Below, one piece after another: positions 47,782 through 58,983 of a stretch of 64,000 nt of DNA. How positions within the stretch are numbered: the stretch's first letter is position 1; every line of letters starts with the position of its first letter. Under the pieces are notes generated by a model that did no database searches, was not told where the DNA came from, and saw only the letters and a list, made by a program, of their open reading frames with translations. Origin of the DNA: Dudresnaya verticillata (taxonomy: Eukaryota); the NCBI GenBank assembly GCA_977862235.1, contig OZ374560.1:806001-870000 (forward strand). The letters are read 5' to 3'. A program made the position numbers and the translations under genes.

Positions 47782-48451
47782 ATGGCGCCACGCCGCCCGC
47801 GCGGCCCGCGCGCGCCCGCGCCGCGCGCGCCCACGCCGCCGTCGCCCGCGCTGCAGGCCGCGCTGGTGGGGCTGGCGCGCACGCGCGTGTACAACGACGA
47901 CGACCTGCCCGCGCAGCGCCGCGAGCTGCGCCGCGTCGCGGCCGCGGCCGCGCTCTCCGACCACCTGCCGGCGCTGCTGCCGCAGCTGCACGCGCACGCC
48001 CCGCACCCGGAGGTGGGCCACGCGCGCCGCGCAAACCTGCTGCTGGCGCGCAGACACGCCGCGCCCGCGCTCGCGCCGCAGCTCGCAGACCTCGGCGCGG
48101 AGCTGCTCGCCGCCGTGTCCTCCGGCGCCGCCGCCGCGCTCCGAGTCTCTGTCGACGCGCATGCCCCGCCCGCACCGCCCGCGCGCTTTGCCGTTGTCGT
48201 GCTCGCCTCGCTCTCCGCAGATGACAACGCCGCACGCCTCGTCCAGCTCTTCGCCTCCGTCGCCGCGCACGTCCGCGACGCAAAGCCCCCGACTGCCCCG
48301 CCCCGTCCCGCCCTCACCGTCGAGCTCTGTCGCGGCGGCTCCGCCCGCTCCCCCGACCTCGCAGACCGAGTCCGACATAGGCTCAAGCTCCGCCTCACGG
48401 CCGTCCTCCTGTCTCACCTCGGCTGGGACCCCGCCGCCGCAACCCCGACCT

Positions 48452-48492
<41 letters not shown>

Positions 48493-49995
48493 TCGACCTC
48501 GACCTCGTCCTCGACCACCCCGACTCCGACTCCGGCCCCGACCCGGACCCCGACTCCGACTCTGACCCCGATCCGCGGGGCCCGCGCCCGCCCCACGACC
48601 CGCAGCCCGCGCGACGCGCGCCGGCCGCGCTTTGTCACCAGCGTGCGCACCGCCGACGTGTCGTGCACGGTAGCCCGCAACGTCGCGCACGGCGTGCTGT
48701 CCCGGCTGTTCCTGCTCAAGGTCGGCGACGTCCTCAAGCACGCCATCGACGCGTGCATCTCCACCGTGCGCGTCCTGGTGCTCTCCTGCGGCTCGTGGAT
48801 CCACCTGCGGCCGGACGCGGCCCCGGTGCACGCTACCCCGCAGATCCGCACATTTGTGTCGAGCTCCGGCGTCAAGACCCTGGAGGCCCGTGTCGACCTC
48901 CTGCAGGAGTGGGACGGGGCCAGGCTCGCCGAGGCGCTGCTGCACGGGGTCTCCGCCGCGGTGCTCGTCTTTCGTTTCGACTCGCTGTCGACGCTTGCGG
49001 GCGTGGTTGGGCGCAGCAAGGCCATTACCGACCGGTTCCCGGGCCTGACCGCGGACGTCGAGCGCGTGATGTACGTCGACACGGCCTCGGACTCGGGTTT
49101 TGACGACATGACCGACGACGTCCGCGAGCTCGCCGTCGACCGGCGGCTGCTCGAGCCGCGCGACGTCGACGTGCTGTTTGAGCAAGAGCGCGGGCCACAC
49201 GGCACGCCCGGTATCGACACGGTCTCCGGGGCCATTGCCGCGCGCGTCTCCGCGGTCAGCAGCATTTTGCACGCTGAGCTGTCCGGGCCGGCACGGCCGC
49301 ATCTGGAAACCGTTGTGCACGCGCTGAACGGCGAGATCGCGAAAGATGTGGCAAGAAAGGAGAGCGAGGACGTGATGCACTTTCTGCAGCGGCTGCGGTC
49401 TGGGATTCACACCAAAGTGACCGTGCGACGCGACCCGGGGCTGGTCTCTGTGGCGCGCGGCGACGCCACGGGGTACTCGCTGGCGGGTGGCGGGCTGGGC
49501 AAGTTTATGGGCTTTGGCGAGTACAAGGACTTTCGGGACGTGAGCGAGCGGTCGCCGTTCACGGCCGAGGCGCGCGTGCAGGTGGGCAAGGAGGCGGCCG
49601 CGGCGGTGTGCGACACCGGGCGGTTTGGCGGGCGGTGGAAGGTGGTGGCGCGCATGGAGGCGATGGTGCGCAACGACGAGCTGCTGCTGTGCGTGGCGGA
49701 CGAGCGCAAGGTGGTGCTGCAGAAGGGAGGGCGGCGGTTTGTGACCGGCGTGTACGTGACGGTGCTCGGCGGCGGCATGCACGACTTTTTGTACGGAAAG
49801 GTGCTCCGCGAGTGCGTCGAGGCCGTGCGCGCAGACCAGGGCAGCGAGGAGCAGATGGCCGTGCGCACGCTGCTCAGACTCATGCCCGACTTTGCTAGCG
49901 CGGCGTACGCGGCCAGGGGGCAGAATAGCACGCCTTGGACCGGGCGCACGGGGACGTCTACGTCGTCTTCGTCGTCGTATACGTCGTCTGGCTGA
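47782..49995 (+). CDS. Hypothetical protein (737 aa) with an internal Thr-Pro linker
   Basis: gccATGg start after a (CCG)n tract and strong third-position GC bias. (ACCCCG)n at ~48441-48570 separates two globular-looking parts. Confidence 0.85.
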
Positions 49996-51163
49996 GGGAT
50001 TGGCGGTGGTGGAAGGGGGTGGTGTATGGGATGATGGGGGGATGGGGTGTGTTTGATGTTTGCTGCTGCTGGTGGGGCTATTGTAGGTGGGGGTCGGGTC
50101 GGTAGCGTGTATGTATTTGTGTTGTACGGAGTAGGGGATTGTTTTTGCGAGTTGTGTGAGTGTTTGTACACTTTGTACAAGTTGAAGCGTGCTTCTATTT
50201 ATGTTGTGCTGTTGCGCAACAGGGTCCCGATGTAGCTTGTAGCGTGGACTTGAAGAAAGCGAAGATGTGCAAGAAGAAAAGCACAGACCGACGGGTCGCA
50301 GCACGGTTCAACGGTACTCGTTGCAGAGAAAATATGGCGGAGCTATCTGCGTCGAGCGGAGCTACCAGAAACTCGCGATGATGGCGACCGCGCTTGCAGA
50401 TAACATGTTCCGTGAGGTGATCAGAGATAGATACAAGTGGTGCAAGCACGCAGCAGCGAAGCGCATGGCCATAGCTTTAAAGAACAGCAGCTCCGTGACA
50501 TCGGCGCTAGCTCGATGCGACGAAGCGGGTCATCATCTGCGTCATTAATCGCTGACCCGGTATCGATCACGCGCAGCCTTGCCAAGTCGGAAGCTGTTGC
50601 AGCCTAAATGTTTTACCGCCGCTGCAGGGCGCTATCCGCTCACTGCAAGCGCTCATCCCCTGTGATCCGCGAGTCTATAAAGCGCTGCCACACAACACCG
50701 CGCCGGTCGAACCACCCATTTGGCCGCAAGAGCAGCCAAGCGCCAACACGCCAAAACGCGGCGTGACCGCCCGCCCGCACCGGTCCAACTTCCCCCCCCC
50801 CCGCAGCACCGTGGCCTCCGCCAAAACGCAGTCGCCGCTACAAACCGCGAAGCTGGAGCGCGTCTGTGGGGCTCTGCGAGAGAGGGGGAGAGCACCGCGC
50901 GACTTGATCAAGCGCAGGCAGGGGAGGGTGTCTTCGCGAGCTTTTCTGGCTCCCTGCGCTGGTGGTCTTTCTTGAACTCTGTCTTCGTCGTTGTCATCGT
51001 CGTCGTTCATGGGAAACGGGCGTTGCGCGTGGTCAGGTCTCCACAGAGTCTCCAATCACAGCTTGACGGACGTTATACATGTACAACAGTATATCAAACG
51101 GGATGATCGACTTGGTGTGTAGCGATTGCAATCATAAAGCGCGTTTTGGTGTGTTTGACTGTT

Positions 51164-51451
51164 TCAGACTTTGCGGTTGCGCAATTGCTTTATACAAAAG
51201 CATTTGCGCTCTTCGGTGGCTATGACGGCAGCCGCAACGATGGCAGTGGCGCGGTGTTTCCGTAATGCTGTCCGCGTCCGTAGCGCCTGCAGACGGGCCG
51301 CACGGCCCATGTCGTGCAGCGCGGCCTCCGCGCGGAAGAACGCCGCCACGCTCTCCTTCCACGCCGCCGCCGCCTCCTCCTCGGCTTTTTGCTGCACCAC
51401 GCGGCGCCACCGCAGGTCTGACAGCCGTTCCTGAGACGCGCGCGACGCCAT
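51164..51451 (-). CDS. Small basic, helical hypothetical protein (95 aa)
   Basis: ATG at 51451 and an Ala/Arg-rich helical sequence. TATAA lies ~135 nt upstream. Confidence 0.3.
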   Translation of the reverse strand: MASRASQERLSDLRWRRVVQQKAEEEAAAAWKESVAAFFRAEAALHDMGRAARLQALRTRTALRKHRATAIVAAAVIATEERKCFCIKQLRNRKV

Positions 51452-51965
51452 TGCGAGAGTGCACGGCTCTCGAACACGCGCCGGAGCACTGTAGCGTCGC
51501 TGTGTAGCTGGCAACGCACACGCCAGTGTGTGGACAGGTGTGCAGACGTGCGGGAATTATCAGCGGTCTATACCCTAGCGCATTATAAAGGGAGAGTCGA
51601 GTAAGTGCAACACTCAATGTGGGCGAGAGCTGGAGCTCACCTCTACAAACTATCTCTCTCTCTCTCTCTCCGTAAAATGGACAAACGGTCTCTCGACATT
51701 ATTCGTCTTTGCCATACCGCACTTTCCGCGTATCTCGCAAGTGCGCGCGTGAGTGAAAGGGTCTGGAGACGCGTGACAGAGGTTGGCACTGGCTGCTGCG
51801 CAGCGGCAGCGGCGGCTTTCACGGCCGTAGGCGCGTTGTAAACGCGGTGGCGAGAGAGATAAGATACGAGATCAACGGCGATGCGGCACAGCGACGCGCG
51901 CACTCTTTTTATCCGGCGGTGACAGTGACAGGCGCAATCACGCGCACACCGCGTTGCAAAGGACT

Positions 51966-53603
51966 TTATTGAAACGCCTCATCCGCGTCATCGAGCAGGC
52001 GCGAGATAAACACGCGCACGTCCATAGAATCGAGGCGTGGGACACGGCCGTGCAGACAGCGCAGCGCCGCGAGCAGCCGCCTTCCCTTCCGCGCCTGCCT
52101 GGGCACGTCACGCGCGGCCTCGTCGGGCCACCCGCGGTCGTCGACGGCAAAGCGTTGCAGCTGCGAGTTGCTCGCCACGGCCGCCAGCAGCAGCCGCTCG
52201 AGCCGCTCCGCCGCCGGCTCGCGCTGGTGGCGCAGGCTGGTGGCAAACGCGCGCAGACGCGCGCCCACGTGCGCCAGAATGCGCTCCAGGTCGCACGCGC
52301 CGATCGTCGCGTGCAGCAGCGCGATGTCCGACAGCGCCGGCGCGCTCTGCACAAGGCGCAGCAGCGCGCGCCCGCTCGCTGCGCCGTAGCACAGCTCGTC
52401 GTTGTTGTCGTCGTTGTTGTCGTTGTCGGCGGAGGAAGAGGAAGAGGAAGAGGAGGAGTCGCACTGGGGCGCGTGGCGGTGCGGCGACGGCGGAGGCGGC
52501 TTGGCCGTGGGGTTCCACCGCAGGTGCAGCTTTTGCAGCGACGCAAAGCACGGTGGTGGGGGTGGTGGCGGTGTTGCTGCGCGGGCCCACTCGCACTCGG
52601 TGCCCGGCAAGAGCTGCACGTCCAGCGCACGCAGGCCCGGGAGCAGGTGCGGCAGGTGGCGGGCGTGGCGCGGGTGCAGGACGGTCCTCTGCGCGAGGTG
52701 CGTGACGGGGTGTCCGACGAGCAGGGCCAGACGCGCGGCGTTGGAGGTGAACGAGATTGCGACAGACTCGAGGCGCCGCAGCAGGCGGAGCGACTGCTGC
52801 GTGTGCGTGGTGCCAAACGAGTCGTTGGCGTCTTCGTTGAGACTGACGTGCTTTAGGTGCGGCAGCGCCGGCGCCACTCTCCAGATGGGGTGGCAGCACC
52901 GGCGCGACGTTGCGCAGTCGCAGTAGATGTGCAGCGACTGCAGCCGCGGGCAAGCGCGCGCTAGCGCGTTGGTGGTGGCGCTGAACAGCGCGCCGTCCAG
53001 AAACGGGCAGCGCTCGCAAAAGCACGACAGCGACAGCTTGCACAGCTTGTCCAGTGTCGCGAGCGCGCCGAACAACACGCCGTGCGGCGCGCCGTCGTAC
53101 ACGTCCACCTGCAGCTCCCGCAGCGCCGGCGCGCGCGCCACGGCCGCCAGAAACGCCGCGTCGTTGAACACTCGCGCCGACCGGAGCGTGCGCGCGGCGA
53201 GCAGGCGCAGCACGGCGCCGCGCGGTGCGGCGCGGCGGCCGCGGCGCGCGCGCGCAAGCGCGCGGCACGCGGGCGCGCGCGCGCGCGGCCGCGGCGGCGC
53301 GCGCTGCAGCGCCACGTGCGCCGCGCCGCGCCCGAACGCCGCGGCCCACCGCGCGGCCTCGGGCGACCGCGCGCCCGCGCTCAGGTGCACGCGGCCCGAC
53401 AGCGCCGACACCACGGCCGCGCGCTGGCGCGCGCCGGTCTCGGACAGGTGCAGCGCGCACGCGGTCTGGCCGTACGACGCGGCGTGCGCGGCGACCGTGC
53501 GCAGCACGTCGGGCGGCGCGGCGTCGAACCAGAGCGCGCGCGAGCGGCGCGGCGGCGGCTTGGTCACGGGCTTGGAGGCGGGCGGCGTGCGGCGCGGCGG
53601 CAT
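51966..53603 (-). CDS. F-box-like / leucine-rich-repeat (RNI-like) protein, 545 aa
   Basis: N-terminal APPDVLRTVA (F-box-like) and repeated LxxLxL units (PALRELQV, PRLQSLHI, PHLKHVSL, PGLRALDV, ASLQKLHL). Confidence 0.8.
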   Translation of the reverse strand: MPPRRTPPASKPVTKPPPRRSRALWFDAAPPDVLRTVAAHAASYGQTACALHLSETGARQRAAVVSALSGRVHLSAGARSPEAARWAAAFGRGAAHVALQRAPPRPRARAPACRALARARRGRRAAPRGAVLRLLAARTLRSARVFNDAAFLAAVARAPALRELQVDVYDGAPHGVLFGALATLDKLCKLSLSCFCERCPFLDGALFSATTNALARACPRLQSLHIYCDCATSRRCCHPIWRVAPALPHLKHVSLNEDANDSFGTTHTQQSLRLLRRLESVAISFTSNAARLALLVGHPVTHLAQRTVLHPRHARHLPHLLPGLRALDVQLLPGTECEWARAATPPPPPPPCFASLQKLHLRWNPTAKPPPPSPHRHAPQCDSSSSSSSSSADNDNNDDNNDELCYGAASGRALLRLVQSAPALSDIALLHATIGACDLERILAHVGARLRAFATSLRHQREPAAERLERLLLAAVASNSQLQRFAVDDRGWPDEAARDVPRQARKGRRLLAALRCLHGRVPRLDSMDVRVFISRLLDDADEAFQ

Positions 53604-54404
53604 GGCGGCGGGGCGGGCGCGGCGGGCGTGGGGAGCGGCGATGGGGACGGCGGGTTGTTGGGCGTTTGGACGACTTGTAGTAGTAGCGGCGGTGACGTGT
53701 GCGGCGCTCTCCGTGCACGAACAGAGTGAGCCGCGTTGCGCGTGCGCGCGCTACAGGTGTAGATGTGCGCGAAACAAGTGGTGCGCGGGAAACATCAGGC
53801 GGCGGAGCATCGGCTGCTGCTGCGCCAGTGCCGACTGTCACCAACGCGCGCGCCTGCGGCGGCTGTTGTCGCGCTTGTGCAAGCGGCGCAGCGGCGCAGC
53901 GGACAGCGCATGTTGCAGGCGCCGGCGCTGCCGCTCAGGGAGTGAGCGCGCGCTGTGAGCGGCAACGGCAGGCGGACGCACGCCGCCGCGAAGCCGCGCC
54001 GCCGCCGCCAGTCGGCCAACACTGCGCACCGGCGCCGTCAACCAACGCGCGCCGCCACTGCCATCAACGGAAAACACATTTCTGCCACCCACCGCGCGCC
54101 CCGCGCCGCCCCGCCGCTTCAAGCCGCGCGCCCGTTGCGCTCGTGATCGTGATCCGCGCCGCCCCGAAGCGCCCATTCCAATTCCACGCGCCGCGCACCC
54201 CGTCACCACAGGCGCCGCGCTCGCCCGCCCGCCGCATCGCCGCCGCTCCCGGTGCCAACCCCGTCATCTCCGCCGCCGCTCCCGGTGCCAACCCCGTCAT
54301 CTCCGCCACCCCCCGCGCTGCGCTCGCGCCCGCCCGCCCGCCCGCCCGCCCGCCCGCCCGCCCGCCCGCCCGCCCGCCCGTCGGCAGCAACGACACCGCG
54401 CACC

Positions 54405-54953
54405 ACGGCCCGCCCGGCGCGCGGCTGCAGCAGCGCCGCGTGCGCGCGCGGCGCGGCGCGCACGGTCGCCGCGGCGGCCGCGGCCGCGCGCGACGCGCGG
54501 CGCGGCGCGCTGCTGGCCGCGCGCGCGCGCGCGGCCGTGGCGCGCGCGCGCGACGCGCTGCGGCGCGCGCAGCTGGACAACCGCGCGCACGCCGCCAACG
54601 GCCCGCAGACCGGGCGCGCGCGCCGCCGCCACCACCTCGCCGAGCGCTGGATTGCGCGCCAGCGCGCCGAGCTGGCAGCGTGCGACGCGCGGCTGGCCGA
54701 CGTTTGGCGCGCGCTTTGTGCGCGAGGGGGCGGGGAGGAGGGCGGCGAGGGGGAGGGGGAGGCGTGCGAGGAGGGGGGGCTTGATATTGGTGCCCAGGGT
54801 GCCCAGGGTGTCCAGGGTGCCCAGCGTGGCCAGCGTGAGCGTGGCGATGCCGCGCTTCGAGCCGTGCAGCCTGCGCAGAAGGACACGCCCGAGGTGGAGC
54901 CTGCGTCGGACGACGACGAAGATCAACACGCCGCCCGTTGTCTCGTTATGTGA
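54405..54953 (+). CDS. Helical protein ending in a CaaX motif (CLVM); no in-frame upstream ATG, putative ACG start
   Basis: Coding-like GC3 bias, acidic tail and CLVM-stop. An in-frame accACGg lies at 54405 just after a (CCCG)n tract. Confidence 0.55.
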   Translation, partial: TARPARGCSSAACARGAARTVAAAAAAARDARRGALLAARARAAVARARDALRRAQLDNRAHAANGPQTGRARRRHHLAERWIARQRAELAACDARLADVWRALCARGGGEEGGEGEGEACEEGGLDIGAQGAQGVQGAQRGQRERGDAALRAVQPAQKDTPEVEPASDDDEDQHAARCLVM

Positions 54954-54986
54954 ACGCCCCCCAAAGTGGATGGAAGAAGACCATTG

Positions 54987-54987
<1 letters not shown>

Positions 54988-55017
<30 letters not shown>
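54988..55017. repeat. (ACT)10 microsatellite
   Basis: Directly visible in the sequence. Confidence 0.9.
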
Positions 55018-55018
<1 letters not shown>

Positions 55019-55712
55019 ACACACACACCCAAAGGCTGCCCCGCCGCAACATTGCAACATGTACATACGCATAGCTTGGCATCTCTCCCTTCCCTTCTAC
55101 CCCAACTACCGACCTACCGAGCCGACAACACACAACTCACCACGGTAAAAACAACAAACTCATGCCGCTCGTCCGGCCCCCCGATCGCAAAAGCCTCCCC
55201 GCGCAGGTCTCCTGGTGCATGCGAGTAGTGTCATGACCTGCAGCGCATTTGCAAACATGCCTTTTGGAACAAGGCTGCTCAGGTGCTCGCTCACCCTCTC
55301 GCTTGCTTCTCCGCAGACGCAAAACGCACTGCGCACTCTCTCTCATTCGATCACAACACGCCCGGCATCGAGCAGGGTACAACAGAGTATAGCTCTTTCT
55401 CGCAATAGAGCGTGCGTGCGCTTCTTGCGTGCTCACCCGCTCCCCGCCTTCGCGCCTTGTCGTCGCCCCCGTCCTGACCCCGACTTCAGACCGCCTGCTC
55501 TCCCGCAATAATATCGCGGCGCGAGCACCACGCCGCGCCCACTGCTACAGCTGCTGCACTTGTCCGCGACGCTTGACTACCCTCTCCTCCGCGCTCCCGC
55601 TCCCGCTCCCGCTCCCGCCGCGCGATAATCAAAACAATGCAACCTTCCGCCGCGCCCACACCCCGCCGCGCCCGCCGCGGGGAGGCCCCACCTTTCCGTC
55701 GCCCCTCTCCGG

Positions 55713-55718
55713 TATAAA
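55713..55718 (+). promoter_or_regulatory. TATA box of the GDDGT-repeat gene
   Basis: TATAAA in GC-rich DNA ~120 nt upstream of the ATG, followed by a CA-rich leader. Confidence 0.65.
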
Positions 55719-55834
55719 GAGCCGCCGCGCCGCGCCGGTGTAGCGCTTGCTTCCTTCAAGCGCACACCCACACACTCACACAACACACACACACACACAC
55801 ACACAACTCGCAACAACACAACCTCAACAAGACC

Positions 55835-56611
55835 ATGAACACAAACGTGTCCTGCCGCGCCGTCAGCGCCGCCGCCGTGCTGCTGCTGCTTTGCTCGCAT
55901 CTCGTGTCGTACACGCTGTCGCCGTCGCACGACTTTCTGCTGCGCTTCCCCGCGGCTGACGCCACGGTCGTCCCGCCCAAGCCCGCACGCAACCCGGTGT
56001 CGGCCGCCGCCGCGTCTCTGCCGCGCGCGGTACGCGCCGACGTCTCCGCCGCTGCCGATGCCGGTGGCGCGTACGAAGACGCTGGCGGAGTAGCAGAAGA
56101 GGGTGATGGCGGTGCAGGTGACGATGGTGCCGAGGGAGGTGATGGCGGCGAGGGCAACGGAGAAGGTGAAGCCGGTGACGGGACCGGCGATGACGGAACT
56201 GGCGGCGATGACGGAACTGGCGGCGATGACGGGACTGGCAGCGACGGGACTGGTGACGATGGGACTGGCGACGATGGGACTGGCGGCGATGGGACTGCCG
56301 ACGATGGGACTGGTGACGATGGGACTGGCGATGATGGGACTGGCGACGATGGGAGTGGCGACGATGGGAGTGGCGACGATGGGACTGGCGACGATGGGAG
56401 TGGCGACGATGGGGCTGGCGACGATGGGGCTGGCGACGACGGCACGGACGGCACCGACGCTGGCACAGATGACGACGGGTCGGGCGGCGGCGGCGTGGTG
56501 ATCATTAACATGGGCAGCGATGACGGGGCCGCGACGCAGATCACCGGCGACGCGGACGGCACGGCCGCGGACGTCAGTCGGCCAGTGGTGGCGCCCCAGT
56601 CGAAGGCGTAG
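55835..56611 (+). CDS. Secreted or membrane-anchored Gly/Asp-rich protein with GDDG(T/S/A) repeats (258 aa)
   Basis: accATG start, hydrophobic N-terminal segment, ~15-nt tandem repeats at ~56170-56470 and an upstream TATA box. Confidence 0.8.
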   Translation: MNTNVSCRAVSAAAVLLLLCSHLVSYTLSPSHDFLLRFPAADATVVPPKPARNPVSAAAASLPRAVRADVSAAADAGGAYEDAGGVAEEGDGGAGDDGAEGGDGGEGNGEGEAGDGTGDDGTGGDDGTGGDDGTGSDGTGDDGTGDDGTGGDGTADDGTGDDGTGDDGTGDDGSGDDGSGDDGTGDDGSGDDGAGDDGAGDDGTDGTDAGTDDDGSGGGGVVIINMGSDDGAATQITGDADGTAADVSRPVVAPQSKA

Positions 56612-57262
56612 TGAGAGTGTCCCGCTGCGCGTGGACCGCGCGAGCAGTTGATGATGTTGTTGTTGCTGTACCGAACTTTTTTTGTTTTTCCTTCTTGAGA
56701 CTAGTAGCAAACGTAAACGGATGAGATGATGCTGACACGCCCGGACGCAGTGCTGCGCTGCGTGTATCGCCCGCCGCGCCGCGGGCCCGCTCCTAGTCTC
56801 TCTCTCTCTCTAGCGGTGCACGATAGCGCTTTAGCGGGCGCGGCACGGGCGCGCAGGGCCCGAGCGGTCGCGTGGTGCAGCGGCACCGCGCATTGGCAGC
56901 GGGCGCGGGCTGTGCGTGCGCATGACATGACAGCGGGGCGGCGGGCGCAGGCGCGGATGAGGGCAAGGCCCGGCAGAGCGCGCAGCGGGTGCGGGCTTGG
57001 GCCACCGCTGGTGGTACTCGTGCTGAGGGCACAGACCGAGAAGTGCACAGGCGCGGCGGTGCAGTGCGGCGCGCACTGCGATATACTCGGTCGAGTCGGG
57101 CAGGCACCACGGCAAGGCCGGAACGGTTGGTGGCTCGGTGGCTGGCTGGCGTCTTTGAAAGACGTGGCGGACAGACTCTCTCTCTCTCTCTCTCTCTCTC
57201 TCGTTTCACGACTTGGGTTGCTTGGGCGACAAAAGTGTAGGTTTGACAAGTGTGGGTCGGCG

Positions 57263-57922
57263 ATGACGGTGGGGCGGTTCGAGGTGGGCGGGGACCGGAG
57301 TGTGGCAGGAGGAGGCGGGCAGGGCAAGTCGAAGACAGGAGGAGGAGGAGGAGGAGGAGGAGGAGCGGGCAAGACTCAGACTCTGCCCAAGGCGGTACCC
57401 GGGTGGGAGCTGCACCTGGGCGACGCGCAAAGGCTGCTGGAGGCGGGCACACGTGCGGCAACGGCAGACGCGCTGCGACTACTCGACCTCGCCGTCGGGC
57501 TGGTGGGCGGCGCGCGCGGGGTGCGCGGCGCGACGATCACGGCCGCGGCCGGCGTGCGGTGCCTGCCGGAGTACGTGGTGCGGCGCGTGGAGTACGAGAG
57601 CGCCATGCGGCGCATGAACTGGTCGGAGATGGAGATTGCGCGCGTGCACGCGCTGTTTGGCGAGTGCTGGTACTATGGCGACGTGCGCGACGCGGCGCGC
57701 GCAGAGGAGTACCTCATGCGCGCGGCCGCGTGCGGCAACCGCTTTGCGCTGCGCGCGCTGCGCTGGCTGGCGCCGCGCGCCGCGCAGGGGCTCGGCGGCG
57801 GCGCCGACGAGGCGCGGCGCGAGCTGCTCCGCGCCGTCGTGGCGCGCGACCGCGAGCGGGCCGTGGCGCTGGCGCGGCTGGGCATGGGGCTGGGCGGCGG
57901 GCTGGGCGGCGGCGGCGGGCTG

Positions 57923-57954
<32 letters not shown>

Positions 57955-58534
57955 GGGCGGCGCGCTGCGGCCCGACGCCACCGTGGTGATGTGCATGCGC
58001 GGCGCAGAGCAGAAGGGCGTGAGCGCGAACAACGTCGGGTACGCGCTCGCGCACGGCGCGCGCGGCGTGGCGCGCGACGTGCGCGAGGCGATGGAGTACT
58101 ACGAGCTGGCGCGCGGGTGGGGCAGCGCGGCGGCCGCGGTCAACCTGGCGCTGGTGTGGCACTACGGCGGCGACGGCGCCGTGCGGCGCGACGGCGCGCG
58201 CGCGCGCGCGCTCTACGAGGAGGCGCTCGCGCGCGGCGAGCGCGACTACGCGCCGCGCAACCTCGGCATTCTGCTGCAGCACGGGCTGCGCGGCGTGCGC
58301 GCCGACGTGTGCGCCGCGGCGCGGTGCTACCTGCTCGGGCTGCGCGAGGGCGGCGCCGCGGCGAGGGCCAAGTGCGCGCGCAGCTTGCGCGCGGTGCTGC
58401 GGTCGTGGAGGTTCAAGCTTGGCGCGGGCGCGCTGCGGCACGAGTGCGCGGTGGCGCTCGCGGCGGTGGAGGTGGGCGGCGGCGGCGGCGGCGACTTTGT
58501 GGCGGGAGAGAGCGTTGGGCCGTACGGCATGTAG
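57263..58534 (+). CDS. SEL1-like repeat protein (~423 aa)
   Basis: SEL1 motifs NNVGYALAHGARGVARD, AAVNLALVWHYG and PRNLGILLQHGLRGVRAD. The start is uncertain: the ORF is open from 56726, but that extension crosses CT microsatellites. Confidence 0.88.
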
Positions 58535-58983
58535 CAATGTTTGAGTATAAAACGTATGCTCTGCGCGGTGCTTGTTTTGCCGCGGTGCGTGCGCTCTCAT
58601 GGTCGCCGGTGCGTGCGCCTCACCTCGCGCCAGCCCTAAGTGCGTGACGCGCGCGAAATTCAGCGGAAAACCACTAACAACAGCGCCGCTGGACGCGCGC
58701 TGCGGCCGTAACCGCGCCGCGCCGCGCCACGTGGCCACGGCGGACCGCGGAAAGCGCGCGCCGGTCTGGTCACACTGTCACTTCCAACGTCCCGTAATCG
58801 TATATCCCGCCGCCACAGAGTCCGCACCGCACACACACACCCTCTCACCCCGCGCTTCCCGCTTTTGCAAATTCGCCCCGCGCCCCCACACACGCACCCC
58901 ACACACACCCACACACACACACACCACCACCCACCCACCCCCCCGCCCCGCCCCGCCCCGCCCCGCCCCGCGCCACGCCCGAC

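Noticed and set aside
54238..54303. 33-bp tandem duplication
   Set aside because: The duplication is real but is a simple two-copy repeat in intergenic or leader DNA with no evidence of function.
55756..56562. Extensin-like Ser/Pro ORF on the minus strand
   Set aside because: It is the antisense mirror of the GDDGT gene. The TATA box, ATG context and signal sequence all favour the plus strand.
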